Source: Thermoplasmatota archaeon
GTDB taxonomy: Archaea; Thermoplasmatota; Penumbrarchaeia; Penumbrarchaeales; Penumbrarchaeaceae
Assembly (NCBI GenBank): GCA_025457865.1
Contig: JALOTP010000004.1
Span: 7,684 to 71,683 of the forward strand
Length of the DNA stretch: 64,000 nt
Reading direction: 5' to 3'
Below are positions 46,852 to 56,350 of the stretch, one piece after another. How positions within the stretch are numbered: the first letter of the stretch is position 1; each line of letters starts with the position of its first letter. Made by a program: the position numbers and the translations under genes. The notes beneath the pieces were generated by a model. The model was not told the origin of the DNA, searched no databases, and saw nothing but the letters and a program-made list of their open reading frames with translations.

Positions 46852-47586
46852 CTATAGCATACCGGACGCGAGCAGAAGGAAGATGGCCACAAGCACGCCG
46901 AAGATGGCCATGGTCTCTGACATGACCGCATAGATAACACCCTTGCCGAAGACCGAATTGTTACGCCCGAACGCGGCACCGGCTGATTCCGCAGTTATCC
47001 CCTGAGCGATAGCGGAAACGCTGGATAGGGCAATGACGATACCTATGGCAAGTGCGCCCCAACCCACATAGGGGCTCTTGAGAACGGCAATTTCAGGACC
47101 CGCCAATCCTGTGAAGTTGAGCATGAGGATTGCAAGGAGCAATCCGTAGATGCCCTGGGTCATAGGGATGGCCTGGTAGATAATGAGCCTTCCGAACTTG
47201 TCAGGTCTCTCGGCGGTCACTCCAGCTGCGCCGGCTCCCACTATCCCTATCCCTATGGAAGATGAGATGGCAGCTATACCCATGCAAAGCGCCACTCCGA
47301 TGAAGACCAATGCCCTGTTGTCCCTGACGACCTTTGAATCGGTCTCATCGTTGGGGTTGTCATAATGATGGAATTCCTCTATGTTCGTGGAACCGTCGTT
47401 GTCAAGGTCCCCGTTCGCATCATTGGTCGTGTTGTCAAGACCGTTGGCCCCTTCCCAGTCATCGTCCATTCCGTCGAAGTCCAGGTCCCGTTTTGGTTCC
47501 CGGACGGCATCGGCATTTGCTCCTGTTAGCAGCAGCAAGGCGTTCAGACCAGCTATCAAGGGTACGATCCAAGCTTTTCCGTTCAT
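46852..47586 (-). CDS. atpK: A-type ATP synthase proteolipid subunit K/c. It has a duplicated (4-TM) hairpin core, preceded by a signal peptide and an acidic domain with two EF-type loops.
   Basis: - Core: GIAAISSSIGIGIVGAGAAGVTAERPDKFGRLIIYQAIPMTQGIYGLL... and ...ALSSVSAIAQGITAESAGAAFGRNNSVFGKGVIYAVMSETMAIFGVLVAIFLLL.
- N-terminus: MNGKAWIVPLIAGLNALLLLTGANA, then DLDFDGMDDDWE ... DLDNDGSTNIEE.
- GGAGG lies 8 nt upstream of ATG 47586. The track start at 47622 is a TTG. Confidence 0.85.
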   Translation of the reverse strand: MNGKAWIVPLIAGLNALLLLTGANADAVREPKRDLDFDGMDDDWEGANGLDNTTNDANGDLDNDGSTNIEEFHHYDNPNDETDSKVVRDNRALVFIGVALCMGIAAISSSIGIGIVGAGAAGVTAERPDKFGRLIIYQAIPMTQGIYGLLLAILMLNFTGLAGPEIAVLKSPYVGWGALAIGIVIALSSVSAIAQGITAESAGAAFGRNNSVFGKGVIYAVMSETMAIFGVLVAIFLLLASGML

Positions 47587-47677
47587 CGGCCATTCCTCCG
47601 GTCGTTCTTTAGATTTATCCAATTCGGTTCGGATGAGATGCAGGGCCCTCTATGGAGCTCATGTGGAGAACAGACGG

Positions 47678-49708
47678 TCAAACGCAGTCAACCTCCTTAA
47701 GGCATTCCGGGTCCGATACCTTTGTTAGGACCCTTTCCCGGCCGAAGGGTGTGAAGAGAGTCCCCCCCCCGGAATAGAACTTGCCGAAGAACTCCACGTA
47801 CTGTAACCTGAGGCTGTGGACGAACCCGCCCAGTATCTGGATGAGGAAATTGAATATATGAAGGAAGACGAGCAGGACCACGGCCACAGGGATGAGCAAA
47901 CTGCCAAGGTCCATGACCATCTCTGCTATGATGTTGAAGGCCATAGCAAGTCCGAAGGTGGAAAGTCCTAGCGCTAGGATCCTTGTGTAGGAGATCACAT
48001 CGCCGAGAAGGCCTTCCATGGAGAAGAACACCATCCCCTTCACCTCAATTATTAAAAGGACCGTCCCTGTCAGGAAGGTGACGAGAGCAATTATGGACAG
48101 CATCCCGTCCATCTCCCATGCTTTGAGCAGGAAGTCACCGATGAAGATGATGGCCCCGGTCTGGACCAGGAACCAGGAGATCGTCCCCTTGACGAACCCG
48201 AAGACGCTCCCGTTTTTCACCCTGTCCGCGCCAAGGAGGACGAAGCCAAGATTGAGCTGGAGGAGACCTATGACCATGGACATCATGAACAGGAACATGG
48301 GGTCCCTCAATGAATCGTATGGCAATTGGTATCCGAGAACGGTCAGGGCATATAATGGCCTGGTCGGGTCCCCATAGATGAGCCTCGGGACAAGGTCACC
48401 GAAGAAAGCGCCCATCCACAGGCCTGCTAGAATGCTGGAAATGCCCAGAATGGTCACAAGGTACCCAATGTCCCGCATGGACCTGCTCCTCCTGACCTTG
48501 AGGATGATGAAGAGGCCGGCAAGGGCGAACATGAGACCATAGCCGATATCGCCCAGCATCAGACCGAATATGATGATGAAGGGTACAGATATCCATGAGC
48601 TGGGATCTATCTCGTTGTACCTGGGAGCGGCAAAGGTCACGGCAAGTGGCTCGAAGAGCCTTCCCAGGAAACGGTTCTTCATCTTGATGGGGACCTTGTC
48701 CTCGCCCGTCTCAGAACTGGTAGGGGCCCTTGCAGTTATATGGAAGACGCCCCCTGTGGCAGACCCCACAAGGTCATTGAGCTCCTTTAGCCTATCCTTC
48801 TCCGCCCAGCCCGTTATGACATTAGTGTATCGGGTTGACCTAAGAGAGATAGCCACCTTCTCCCGCTCTAGGTCCAATTCTAGCTGCTCCCTGCTGCTCC
48901 TAGCCCTTGGCAGGAGCTTAAGGGAGAGGTTTGAGGCCTCTTTGGACAGGTGTGCCTTCTTCGCCAATAAGCTTTGGCTGAGGTCCTCGAGCTTTGATAG
49001 GACCTTAGGTACAGGGTAGGAGAGCAGGTCATCACCCATCTTGTTCCTTTCGGAAAGGGCCTTCATCCGATCGGTATTTATCGTTAGCTCCGAGAAGAGC
49101 TTCCCCTTCAAATGCTCCTCGAGAGGTCCTGCAGATGACCGGGGATAGATTATGCGGACGGCATGTAGCCCTTCCTTTCGGTCCAGAAGGGACCCTATGA
49201 TGTCACCACTTGCGTTCTGGACCGCTCGATCGAGCTCATCATACCTCCTGGTCAGGCCAACTTTGACCCTGACCATCGAGAGATGGCCAAGACCTGAGAG
49301 GACCAGGTCCAGTCCAGATAGCGGCCTCAACCTATCGGTCAGGTCCCTGCTAGCTTCCAGCTCATCATCCAGCGATCCCATGGACGAGCGGAGTGGATGG
49401 AGCGACCTCTCGGCCCCGGCAAGCCACCCCTTGAGGTCGTGATAGAAAACCCTAGATACCTCCATGGGCTCGGGTCCGTTGAGGGCGGCCGAAAGCCCTT
49501 TTACCGAAGGTTCGAAAGGCTCCAGGAAAGATATCATATCATCGATCCTGGACCTAAGGATGGTCAGTTCCTTGTTCGACATGGGCTCCCTTGCGGTCTG
49601 ATCGGCAATGACCTGAACGAGCCTGGACGTCTGCAGTTTGGATAGTACCTTCTGAAGGTCCTTCTTTAAGAGGTATATGTCAACTTTGACCATTCTCTCT
49701 GGATACAA
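47678..49708 (-). CDS. atpI: A-type ATP synthase subunit I (a-subunit: stator/ion channel)
   Basis: A soluble ~330-aa coiled N-domain is followed by a polytopic C-domain containing the conserved ...SYTRILALGLS... Arg-bearing helix. Confidence 0.9.
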   Translation of the reverse strand: MYPERMVKVDIYLLKKDLQKVLSKLQTSRLVQVIADQTAREPMSNKELTILRSRIDDMISFLEPFEPSVKGLSAALNGPEPMEVSRVFYHDLKGWLAGAERSLHPLRSSMGSLDDELEASRDLTDRLRPLSGLDLVLSGLGHLSMVRVKVGLTRRYDELDRAVQNASGDIIGSLLDRKEGLHAVRIIYPRSSAGPLEEHLKGKLFSELTINTDRMKALSERNKMGDDLLSYPVPKVLSKLEDLSQSLLAKKAHLSKEASNLSLKLLPRARSSREQLELDLEREKVAISLRSTRYTNVITGWAEKDRLKELNDLVGSATGGVFHITARAPTSSETGEDKVPIKMKNRFLGRLFEPLAVTFAAPRYNEIDPSSWISVPFIIIFGLMLGDIGYGLMFALAGLFIILKVRRSRSMRDIGYLVTILGISSILAGLWMGAFFGDLVPRLIYGDPTRPLYALTVLGYQLPYDSLRDPMFLFMMSMVIGLLQLNLGFVLLGADRVKNGSVFGFVKGTISWFLVQTGAIIFIGDFLLKAWEMDGMLSIIALVTFLTGTVLLIIEVKGMVFFSMEGLLGDVISYTRILALGLSTFGLAMAFNIIAEMVMDLGSLLIPVAVVLLVFLHIFNFLIQILGGFVHSLRLQYVEFFGKFYSGGGTLFTPFGRERVLTKVSDPECLKEVDCV

Positions 49709-49739
49709 GGTATTGCACCTTCGTTACCTGTTGGAAGTC

Positions 49740-50051
49740 CTATCCGAAGACCACGTCCAATGCCCTTTCGACCGCTGGTCCTATCCTGGACCTTGCCCTT
49801 CCGCTCAGACCCTTTGCTATCTCAGCACCATCGTTCCTGATCTTTGCCGCCTCAGCGCCCGCAGCCGTCCTTGCAGATCCCATTTCCGAGACGGACCTTG
49901 CACGGATCTGTTCAAGTGCCCTTTCCCTGCTGCTCTCTAGGTCCGATGAGGCATCCTTCACGGCCCTCTCAGCCCTCTCTTTCCATAGGGCCATCGTCCG
50001 TTGGGCGTCCTTCTCGGCCTCCAGGAGCCTATCGAAATCGTCTCTGCTCAT
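49740..50051 (-). CDS. atpH: A-type ATP synthase subunit H (peripheral stalk)
   Basis: A 103-aa all-helical charged protein (LLEAEKDAQRTMALWKERAERAVKDA...). It is the first gene of the operon, upstream of atpI. Confidence 0.7.
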   Translation of the reverse strand: MSRDDFDRLLEAEKDAQRTMALWKERAERAVKDASSDLESSRERALEQIRARSVSEMGSARTAAGAEAAKIRNDGAEIAKGLSGRARSRIGPAVERALDVVFG

Positions 50052-50337
50052 TCGAACACACCGACCAGCGGCATAACCGGTTGGACCTAATATTTCTTCA
50101 TACTTAACACTTGTTCCTACTATCCTGCATGCCTATGTATCCAACGGTGAGAAAAAAAGATTAAAAAGAACTAAAATGGTGTAAATAATCGTTAAAATGT
50201 AACATGGATGTCACTACGGTTACATCGCAAGGGACAGAGCGTCCATGATTATTAAAAAAGGATATTAGGAAGGAAATTTTAAAAGAGCGTTCCTGGATTG
50301 GGTAGAAGGATATCGTAGAAAAGGAGGCCTGTAAGGC

Positions 50338-53043
50338 TTGAGCGTTGAGGGCCAGGTAGCAGACGCCAACAGACAGAAGCTAGAGATGGTCATCCAGAAG
50401 GGTGACCAGATAATCTCTATGCTGGAGAAGCAGGGGATCAATACGGATGAGTGCCGCCTGAGGATGAAGGAGGCCAAGGACCATTTCTCATCCGGTGACC
50501 TGGGGGGGGCCTACAAGCTCGCCCAGCATTGCATAGGGGACCTGATGAAGCTCAAGGAAAGGGCAGGGCCAGAAAGAAAGGATGACAAGGGGTCGGTCCA
50601 GAAGAAGGGAAAAGGGGTATTTGCCCTGATAAGGGACAACAACGTAGAGATCCTTAAAAAGGTCGAGGAATGGAAGATCATCGTCAAGGGGTGGAGGGAC
50701 AAGGGTTATGACTTCGAAAAGGATGAGAGCCTGTTCACCAGGGAGTTCGAAGAGATAGAGAAGAGGTTCATTTCCATAGGGGAACAGATAGAGAGGGCGG
50801 AATCCATCAGAGCACAGCTGAACAGGGTCAGGGGTGAGTACTCCGAGATAGGATCTGTCCACAGGAACAAGCTCATCGAGATAGAGGCCTCCGTTTTCAA
50901 GTTGGACAGGCTCGATGACCTGGACCGTCGGGTCAGGGGGGTGAACCAGACCTTCAAGGTCCTGAAAGAGCGTTACACCAATCTCCGCAATAGGCTGGGG
51001 AGGTACGGAAGGAGCGGTCTTAAGACAAGGTTCCTCGAGGAGATACTCGAGAACGACGAGGATGTGGATTACATAGAGAGGCAGTTCAATCTGTTCGATT
51101 CCAACCTCGAGTACCTGTTGAAGGAAAAGCAGAAGCTGCAGACCTTCAGGGAGGAGGCTGTCATAGATGACTTCAAGGACCGGATCGCGGAGATAGAGAT
51201 GGTGATGGACGATCCTATGATGCTCGATCGGGTCGTCGAGAAGATGATAGCACTCGAGAAGCTCATCCGGTCGGAGAAGGACAATCAGAAGAGAAGGGAT
51301 GAAGAGCGGAAGAGGCGGCTGGAGATAAGGAAGAGCCTGGACAAATACTCCTCCGAAGGGTTCAAGGTCACGACGGTGGAGCAGCTGCTAGATGAGAACA
51401 TGAACCTGCTGGAGGAGGAGTTCGATATCTTCATCAGACAGGTCGCTAGGCTCAAGTCCCTGAAGGAGAAGCTGTTCAAGATGGATGCCACTGGGTTCGA
51501 GGAGGAGGTCTCCAAGCTCTCCGATAAGCTCAACGACCCCGAGAACCTGGACCAGGTCGAAAAAGAGCTCGATGAGCTCAAGGACAGCATCCTGAGCCAG
51601 AGGATGAGGTTGCAGAAACTGGAGAACGCCCTGAAGGAATGGAGCGGTATGGGCTTCAAAGTGACCAAGCTCGAAATGGCGCTGAAGAAGGATATCGCCG
51701 AGGCCGAAAAGGTCTATACCGATTACAAGGCCAGGATAGAGGAATTGAGCGATTACCAGACAAAGCTGCAGGACATGGGCCACAAGGATATTGCTGACCA
51801 GGTCCACAAGATCACGATGATGATAAAGAACCCGGAGCTTTTAGACACGGTAAGGAAGGAGATGGCCCGGGTCCAGAAGACGGTAACTGATATTGAGACG
51901 ATAAAGGCGAAGCGCAAGGAGCTCAACGAGCTCCTCAAGGTATGGAAGACCCAAGGTTACAGGATAGACCGGATCCTCGAGCTGATGAGAGAGGAGAGCA
52001 CATATTCAGGGCTCGAGGAGATAGTCCTTCACTATACAAGGTCGATAGCTGCCCTGGAATCCTTCAGGGCGGAACTCGTGGTCGAAGAGCGGGGTTGGTT
52101 CCCCCAGACCGAATCCTTCATAAGGGAGAACATGAACGACCCCGATCGGTCCCAAGAGATACTTCAGAGGTTCGATGAGCTGAAGGAGCTCAATAAGAAG
52201 GAGGAGAAGAGGCGGGGGGAGATACAGAGGAAGCTCAAGGAGCTGGAGTCGCGTGGGATAGATATCTCCAGGATAGAGCCGCTTCTGATGGGCGACTCCC
52301 AGTACCTCACGACCGAGTACGAGGTCTTCAAGGAGAACGTCAAAAGGCTCCTAAAGCTCAAGGCGACGTTGCTGAAGGACGCTCACAGGAGGTCTGACCA
52401 GGACCTGGAGATGCATGCCAAGTCCATGAACGACCCCTATTCAATAGATGTTTACGAGCAGGTGCAGGACGGAGGCAAGAAGCAGGCCACAGGGACCCAG
52501 CAAGCCGCTGCCACCTCGACTCCTGTGAGCCAAGGACAACCTGATCAGTTGAACCCAGCCCAGAGCGTGGACCAGATCAAGGAAGCCGCAAAGCGTTTGT
52601 TCAGGGAGAACAATTACGAGGAAGCTTTGAAGCTCTTCGAGCTGGTGCTCGATGTCGATCCGAACCAAAAAGAAAGCCTCTTCTACAGAAAGAAGATAAT
52701 GGCAAAGATAAGGCTACCATCGGTCGCACCCGTCGCAGGACAGGAAGGCCCGTCATTGGTGGCTCCAGGCATCTCGGAGGCATCAGGTCCCGATGCAAAG
52801 GAAGATGGGCCTCAAGCTAGGACAGAAGTAGGCAAGAACACGAAACTGGAAGGAAAGACACCGAACCCCCACTGCCTCTCCTGCAAGGGCTCCGGGAGCT
52901 GCATCTGGTGCCAGGGTTCGGGAAAATGCTCGACCTGCAATGGGGTAGGACTTTCCTTCGGCTCCACCTGCACGACATGCAAGGGCTCCGGGAGCTGTTC
53001 CGTATGCAAGGGGACAGGGGTATGCAGCTGGTGCATATCCTGA
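50338..53043 (+). CDS. 901-aa cytoplasmic repeat protein: about six ~100-aa coiled-coil modules, a TPR-like segment, a low-complexity linker and a C-terminal DnaJ-type CxxCxGxG zinc-finger array
   Basis: - TTG start with GGAGG 10 nt upstream.
- Recurring module motifs: (N/D)(D/N)P..(L)D.V.KE(L/M), then W...G(F/Y).(V/I)..LE. Examples are KLNDPENLDQVEKEL...WSGMGFKVTKLEMAL and MIKNPELLDTVRKEM...WKTQGYRIDRILELM.
- TPR-like segment: AAKRLFRENNYEEALKLFELVLDVDPNQKESLFYRKK.
- C-terminus: CLSCKGSGSCIWCQGSGKCSTCNGVG...CTTCKGSGSCSVCKGTGVCSWC.
- No TM helix and no signal peptide. Confidence 0.6.
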   Translation: MSVEGQVADANRQKLEMVIQKGDQIISMLEKQGINTDECRLRMKEAKDHFSSGDLGGAYKLAQHCIGDLMKLKERAGPERKDDKGSVQKKGKGVFALIRDNNVEILKKVEEWKIIVKGWRDKGYDFEKDESLFTREFEEIEKRFISIGEQIERAESIRAQLNRVRGEYSEIGSVHRNKLIEIEASVFKLDRLDDLDRRVRGVNQTFKVLKERYTNLRNRLGRYGRSGLKTRFLEEILENDEDVDYIERQFNLFDSNLEYLLKEKQKLQTFREEAVIDDFKDRIAEIEMVMDDPMMLDRVVEKMIALEKLIRSEKDNQKRRDEERKRRLEIRKSLDKYSSEGFKVTTVEQLLDENMNLLEEEFDIFIRQVARLKSLKEKLFKMDATGFEEEVSKLSDKLNDPENLDQVEKELDELKDSILSQRMRLQKLENALKEWSGMGFKVTKLEMALKKDIAEAEKVYTDYKARIEELSDYQTKLQDMGHKDIADQVHKITMMIKNPELLDTVRKEMARVQKTVTDIETIKAKRKELNELLKVWKTQGYRIDRILELMREESTYSGLEEIVLHYTRSIAALESFRAELVVEERGWFPQTESFIRENMNDPDRSQEILQRFDELKELNKKEEKRRGEIQRKLKELESRGIDISRIEPLLMGDSQYLTTEYEVFKENVKRLLKLKATLLKDAHRRSDQDLEMHAKSMNDPYSIDVYEQVQDGGKKQATGTQQAAATSTPVSQGQPDQLNPAQSVDQIKEAAKRLFRENNYEEALKLFELVLDVDPNQKESLFYRKKIMAKIRLPSVAPVAGQEGPSLVAPGISEASGPDAKEDGPQARTEVGKNTKLEGKTPNPHCLSCKGSGSCIWCQGSGKCSTCNGVGLSFGSTCTTCKGSGSCSVCKGTGVCSWCIS

Positions 53044-53075
53044 AATGAACAAGGATGAAAAAAGAGGTGTAAATC

Positions 53076-54932
53076 ATGTTCGATCTGAAGATAGCGTTCC
53101 TGCTGTTATTACCATTGGTGATGTCAACGTTCGTTGCAGGACAGTGCTGCGATGTCCCTCCGATACATATTCTGAGCAATGAGATGGTCCTAATTTCGAC
53201 CAAAGAGGTCTGGACAACGGATGTGTTCGTCAACGGTACCCTGGTCGTGGACGACGAGCTCATGATAACGGGCGCGGAAGTGGTCATGGGGGGAGCTGGG
53301 ATCAGTGTGACCGAGAACGGCACGCTCATTCTGACGGATTCGAGGGTATCACCCCACCCCAACAACACCGGGTTCTACCTGGAGAACAGGGGAAGGCTGG
53401 AGCTGAATGGAGCGGTGCTTGAGGGATGTTCCGACCCTGGCAATTCGCTCATAGGATTATATCTGGTATCAAGCTCGCTCATCATGGACGATTCGATGAT
53501 GATCTCATCCGGGCTCATCCATTGCCAGAGCAGCTCGGTCAGGATAAGGGACAGCAGCATCTCCGGTCTGGTATCGTCCGAGAGCGATTGCACCCTTAAG
53601 GGAGGCAATGTCACCTCCATGGGGCTCACCCAGTACGGGAAGGGCAAGATGGAAGTGATGGATGTCGATGTCACCTCCTCCATATCGTTCTCCTCGCCAA
53701 TATCCGCCATCTCTTCGCTGGATGGAGGGGAGTTGGTCCTGGAGGACGTCAGGATAGAGGGGTCATATGATGGTGGCATCTATGCAAGGAACGGGGTGCT
53801 TTCCGTTTCGAGGGTGTCCATCTCTCTTCAGGACGGCCTTTACGGGCTCAGGTCGGAGAACACCTCCGTCGTGCTGCTTGATGAGATGGAGATAGATGGG
53901 ACCCTCGAGGGAATGACCCTCCTTGGAACTGATTCCGATGTCGTGGCCAGGAACTGCATCGTCCATGCCAATTACACAGGGCTTCTGTACGGGGGCATGG
54001 GAACGTTGACGGCATACACAAGCAAGTTCCAAGGGTCCACATATGGGGCCATAGTCAAAGGCCCAACGATCCTTGAGCGCATCATCTTCGAGGACAATCT
54101 GATAGGCATCATGGCTGAAGAAGGTTCCCTCAAGAAGGTGGAGAGATGCATTTTCACGGACTTTGAAAAATGGGGGATAGAGGAGGAGGCATGGAGCATT
54201 AGGATATGGCCAGACAACAGCTTCGAGCCGGGGCAGGAGGCCAAGGGAACCTATGCTTGGTGGGGAAGGGTCAACGTCTCTGCCAGGTCCGAGGAAGGGT
54301 TCGAGGTTGAAGGGGCTGAGCTTAAGCTTGGGACGATGGGGGAAGTACCGGTCCGCATATCAGCCGGCGAGGTCGGAATGGTCTGGGGCTACTCGAATGA
54401 TGGGGATACTGTCGCCGCTCCACTTATCAATGTATCCGCAAGGTGGGGTACGTCATCTGCGTTCAGGACCGCCCGACCCATGGAAATGGTGGTCCATTCC
54501 CTTGTGCTCACCCTACGGCTCTCTGACATATCGGTCACCGATATCAGGATGATCGACCACACTCTGGAGGTGGACGTGGCCGTCCGTGGACCCGGGGTCA
54601 GGGACGTCCGTGCCACCATCTACGTCGATGGCTCCTACAGGACCTCCGAGCTCTTCGACCTTGGCCCCAACGGGACCGTTACCCTCTCGTTCACGCTTAG
54701 AGGATTGGATGGAGGGGAGCGAAATTTCACTGCGAGCGTTCTCTCTAGGGACGAGTACAGCGGGGCTGATGGGGCTTTGACGGCCAATAACGAGATGTCG
54801 ATCACGTTCATGGTCAAGGTGGACAAGGATAGTGACGTCCTGTACGTTCCGCTGGCACTTTGCATCATGTTCGTCTCCATTGCCTTTGTTGTTATCGTTG
54901 GTTATGTTAAAAAGAGCGGTCCTAAAGTTTAA
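53076..54932 (+). CDS. Secreted right-handed beta-helix (PbH1-like) protein with a C-terminal membrane anchor
   Basis: Signal peptide ([18 protein letters not shown]), repetitive beta-helix turns rich in G/S/N/V, and a C-terminal TM helix ([23 protein letters not shown]) followed by KKSGPKV. Confidence 0.6.
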   Translation: MFDLKIAFLLLLPLVMSTFVAGQCCDVPPIHILSNEMVLISTKEVWTTDVFVNGTLVVDDELMITGAEVVMGGAGISVTENGTLILTDSRVSPHPNNTGFYLENRGRLELNGAVLEGCSDPGNSLIGLYLVSSSLIMDDSMMISSGLIHCQSSSVRIRDSSISGLVSSESDCTLKGGNVTSMGLTQYGKGKMEVMDVDVTSSISFSSPISAISSLDGGELVLEDVRIEGSYDGGIYARNGVLSVSRVSISLQDGLYGLRSENTSVVLLDEMEIDGTLEGMTLLGTDSDVVARNCIVHANYTGLLYGGMGTLTAYTSKFQGSTYGAIVKGPTILERIIFEDNLIGIMAEEGSLKKVERCIFTDFEKWGIEEEAWSIRIWPDNSFEPGQEAKGTYAWWGRVNVSARSEEGFEVEGAELKLGTMGEVPVRISAGEVGMVWGYSNDGDTVAAPLINVSARWGTSSAFRTARPMEMVVHSLVLTLRLSDISVTDIRMIDHTLEVDVAVRGPGVRDVRATIYVDGSYRTSELFDLGPNGTVTLSFTLRGLDGGERNFTASVLSRDEYSGADGALTANNEMSITFMVKVDKDSDVLYVPLALCIMFVSIAFVVIVGYVKKSGPKV

Positions 54933-54957
54933 TAGGGTCCTTTGCTTCCCAAAGACC

Positions 54958-56346
54958 ATGGCCATTGCATCGTCCAAGGACATCGAGTACATGACCGTAT
55001 CCGAGGTCTCGGGCCCTCTAATGGTGGTCGAAGGGATAGAGGGCGCATCCTACGGCGAGGTCGTCAGGATAAGGTCTCCGGACGGAAGGATGAGGCTGGG
55101 GCAGGTGCTCGAAGCCCATACCAACAAGGCCATAGTCCAGGTCTTCGAGGGAACCAAGGGCTTGGACACGAAGGCTACCTCGGTCAGGTTCACCGGGGAG
55201 ACCATGAAGATACCGGTGACCATAGAGATGCTCGGCAGGGTCTTCTCAGGGACGGGAAGACCCATAGACGACGGACCGGGACTGATACCTGATGAGCGGC
55301 GTGACATAAACGGGGAGCCCATAAACCCGACGGCAAGGGAGTACCCCAAGGAGTTCATCCAGACCGGTATCTCGACCATTGACGGCATGAACACCCTTGT
55401 AAGGGGTCAGAAGCTCCCTATATTCTCAGCCTCCGGTCTACCGCACAACGAGCTCGCCGCCCAGATAGCAAGGCAGGCGAAGGTGCTGGGCTCGAGCGAA
55501 GAGTTCGCTGTCGTCTTCTGCGCCATGGGGATAACGGCCGAAGAGGCCAATTTCTTCAAGAGGTCCTTCGAGAGGTCCGGGGCACTGGAGCGAACGGTCC
55601 TCTTCCTGAACCTCGCAGATGACCCGACCATAGAACGGATAATAATCCCCAGGATGGCCTTGACGACAGCGGAGTACCTTGCATTCAAGAAGGGCATGCA
55701 TATACTTGTCATCCTGACGGACATGACCAACTACTGCGAGGCCCTCCGTGAGATAGCGGCGGCCAGGGAAGAGGTCCCGGGAAGGAGGGGCTACCCCGGA
55801 TACATGTACACCGACCTGGCCCAGATATACGAGAGGGCGGGAAGGATAATCAACAACAAGGGCTCCATCACCCAGATCCCCATCCTGACGATGCCGGATG
55901 ACGATATCACCCACCCCATACCGGACCTGACTGGCTACATCACTGAAGGGCAGATCGTGCTATCAAGGGACCTCCACAGGAAAGCGATAAGGCCGCCGGT
56001 CGACCCCCTGCCATGCCTATCAAGGTTGATGAAGCAGGGCATAGGCAAGGGCAGGACAAGGGAGGATCACGACCAGGTCTCCAACCAGCTCTACGCAGGA
56101 TATGCCGAAGGCGTGAACCTGAGGGACCTGGTTGCAGTCGTGGGCGAGGAGGCTCTGACCGATAGGGACAGGTCCTACCTTCACTTCTCCGAGCTGTTCG
56201 AGAAGCAGTTCATCAACCAGGGCCCGGAGGAGGACCGGACCATACAGGATACCCTTACGCTCGCTTGGAAGCTCCTCAGGACGGTTCCCAAAGAGGAGCT
56301 GAAAAGGATAGATGAGGCCAATATACAGAAGTACTATCCCGCCTGA
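54958..56346 (+). CDS. atpB: A-type ATP synthase subunit B (non-catalytic/regulatory)
   Basis: [26 protein letters not shown]...[25 protein letters not shown]...[22 protein letters not shown]... I trimmed the start to ATG 54958. The track ORF begins inside the upstream gene. Confidence 0.95.
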   Translation: MAIASSKDIEYMTVSEVSGPLMVVEGIEGASYGEVVRIRSPDGRMRLGQVLEAHTNKAIVQVFEGTKGLDTKATSVRFTGETMKIPVTIEMLGRVFSGTGRPIDDGPGLIPDERRDINGEPINPTAREYPKEFIQTGISTIDGMNTLVRGQKLPIFSASGLPHNELAAQIARQAKVLGSSEEFAVVFCAMGITAEEANFFKRSFERSGALERTVLFLNLADDPTIERIIIPRMALTTAEYLAFKKGMHILVILTDMTNYCEALREIAAAREEVPGRRGYPGYMYTDLAQIYERAGRIINNKGSITQIPILTMPDDDITHPIPDLTGYITEGQIVLSRDLHRKAIRPPVDPLPCLSRLMKQGIGKGRTREDHDQVSNQLYAGYAEGVNLRDLVAVVGEEALTDRDRSYLHFSELFEKQFINQGPEEDRTIQDTLTLAWKLLRTVPKEELKRIDEANIQKYYPA

Positions 56347-56350
56347 TGGT

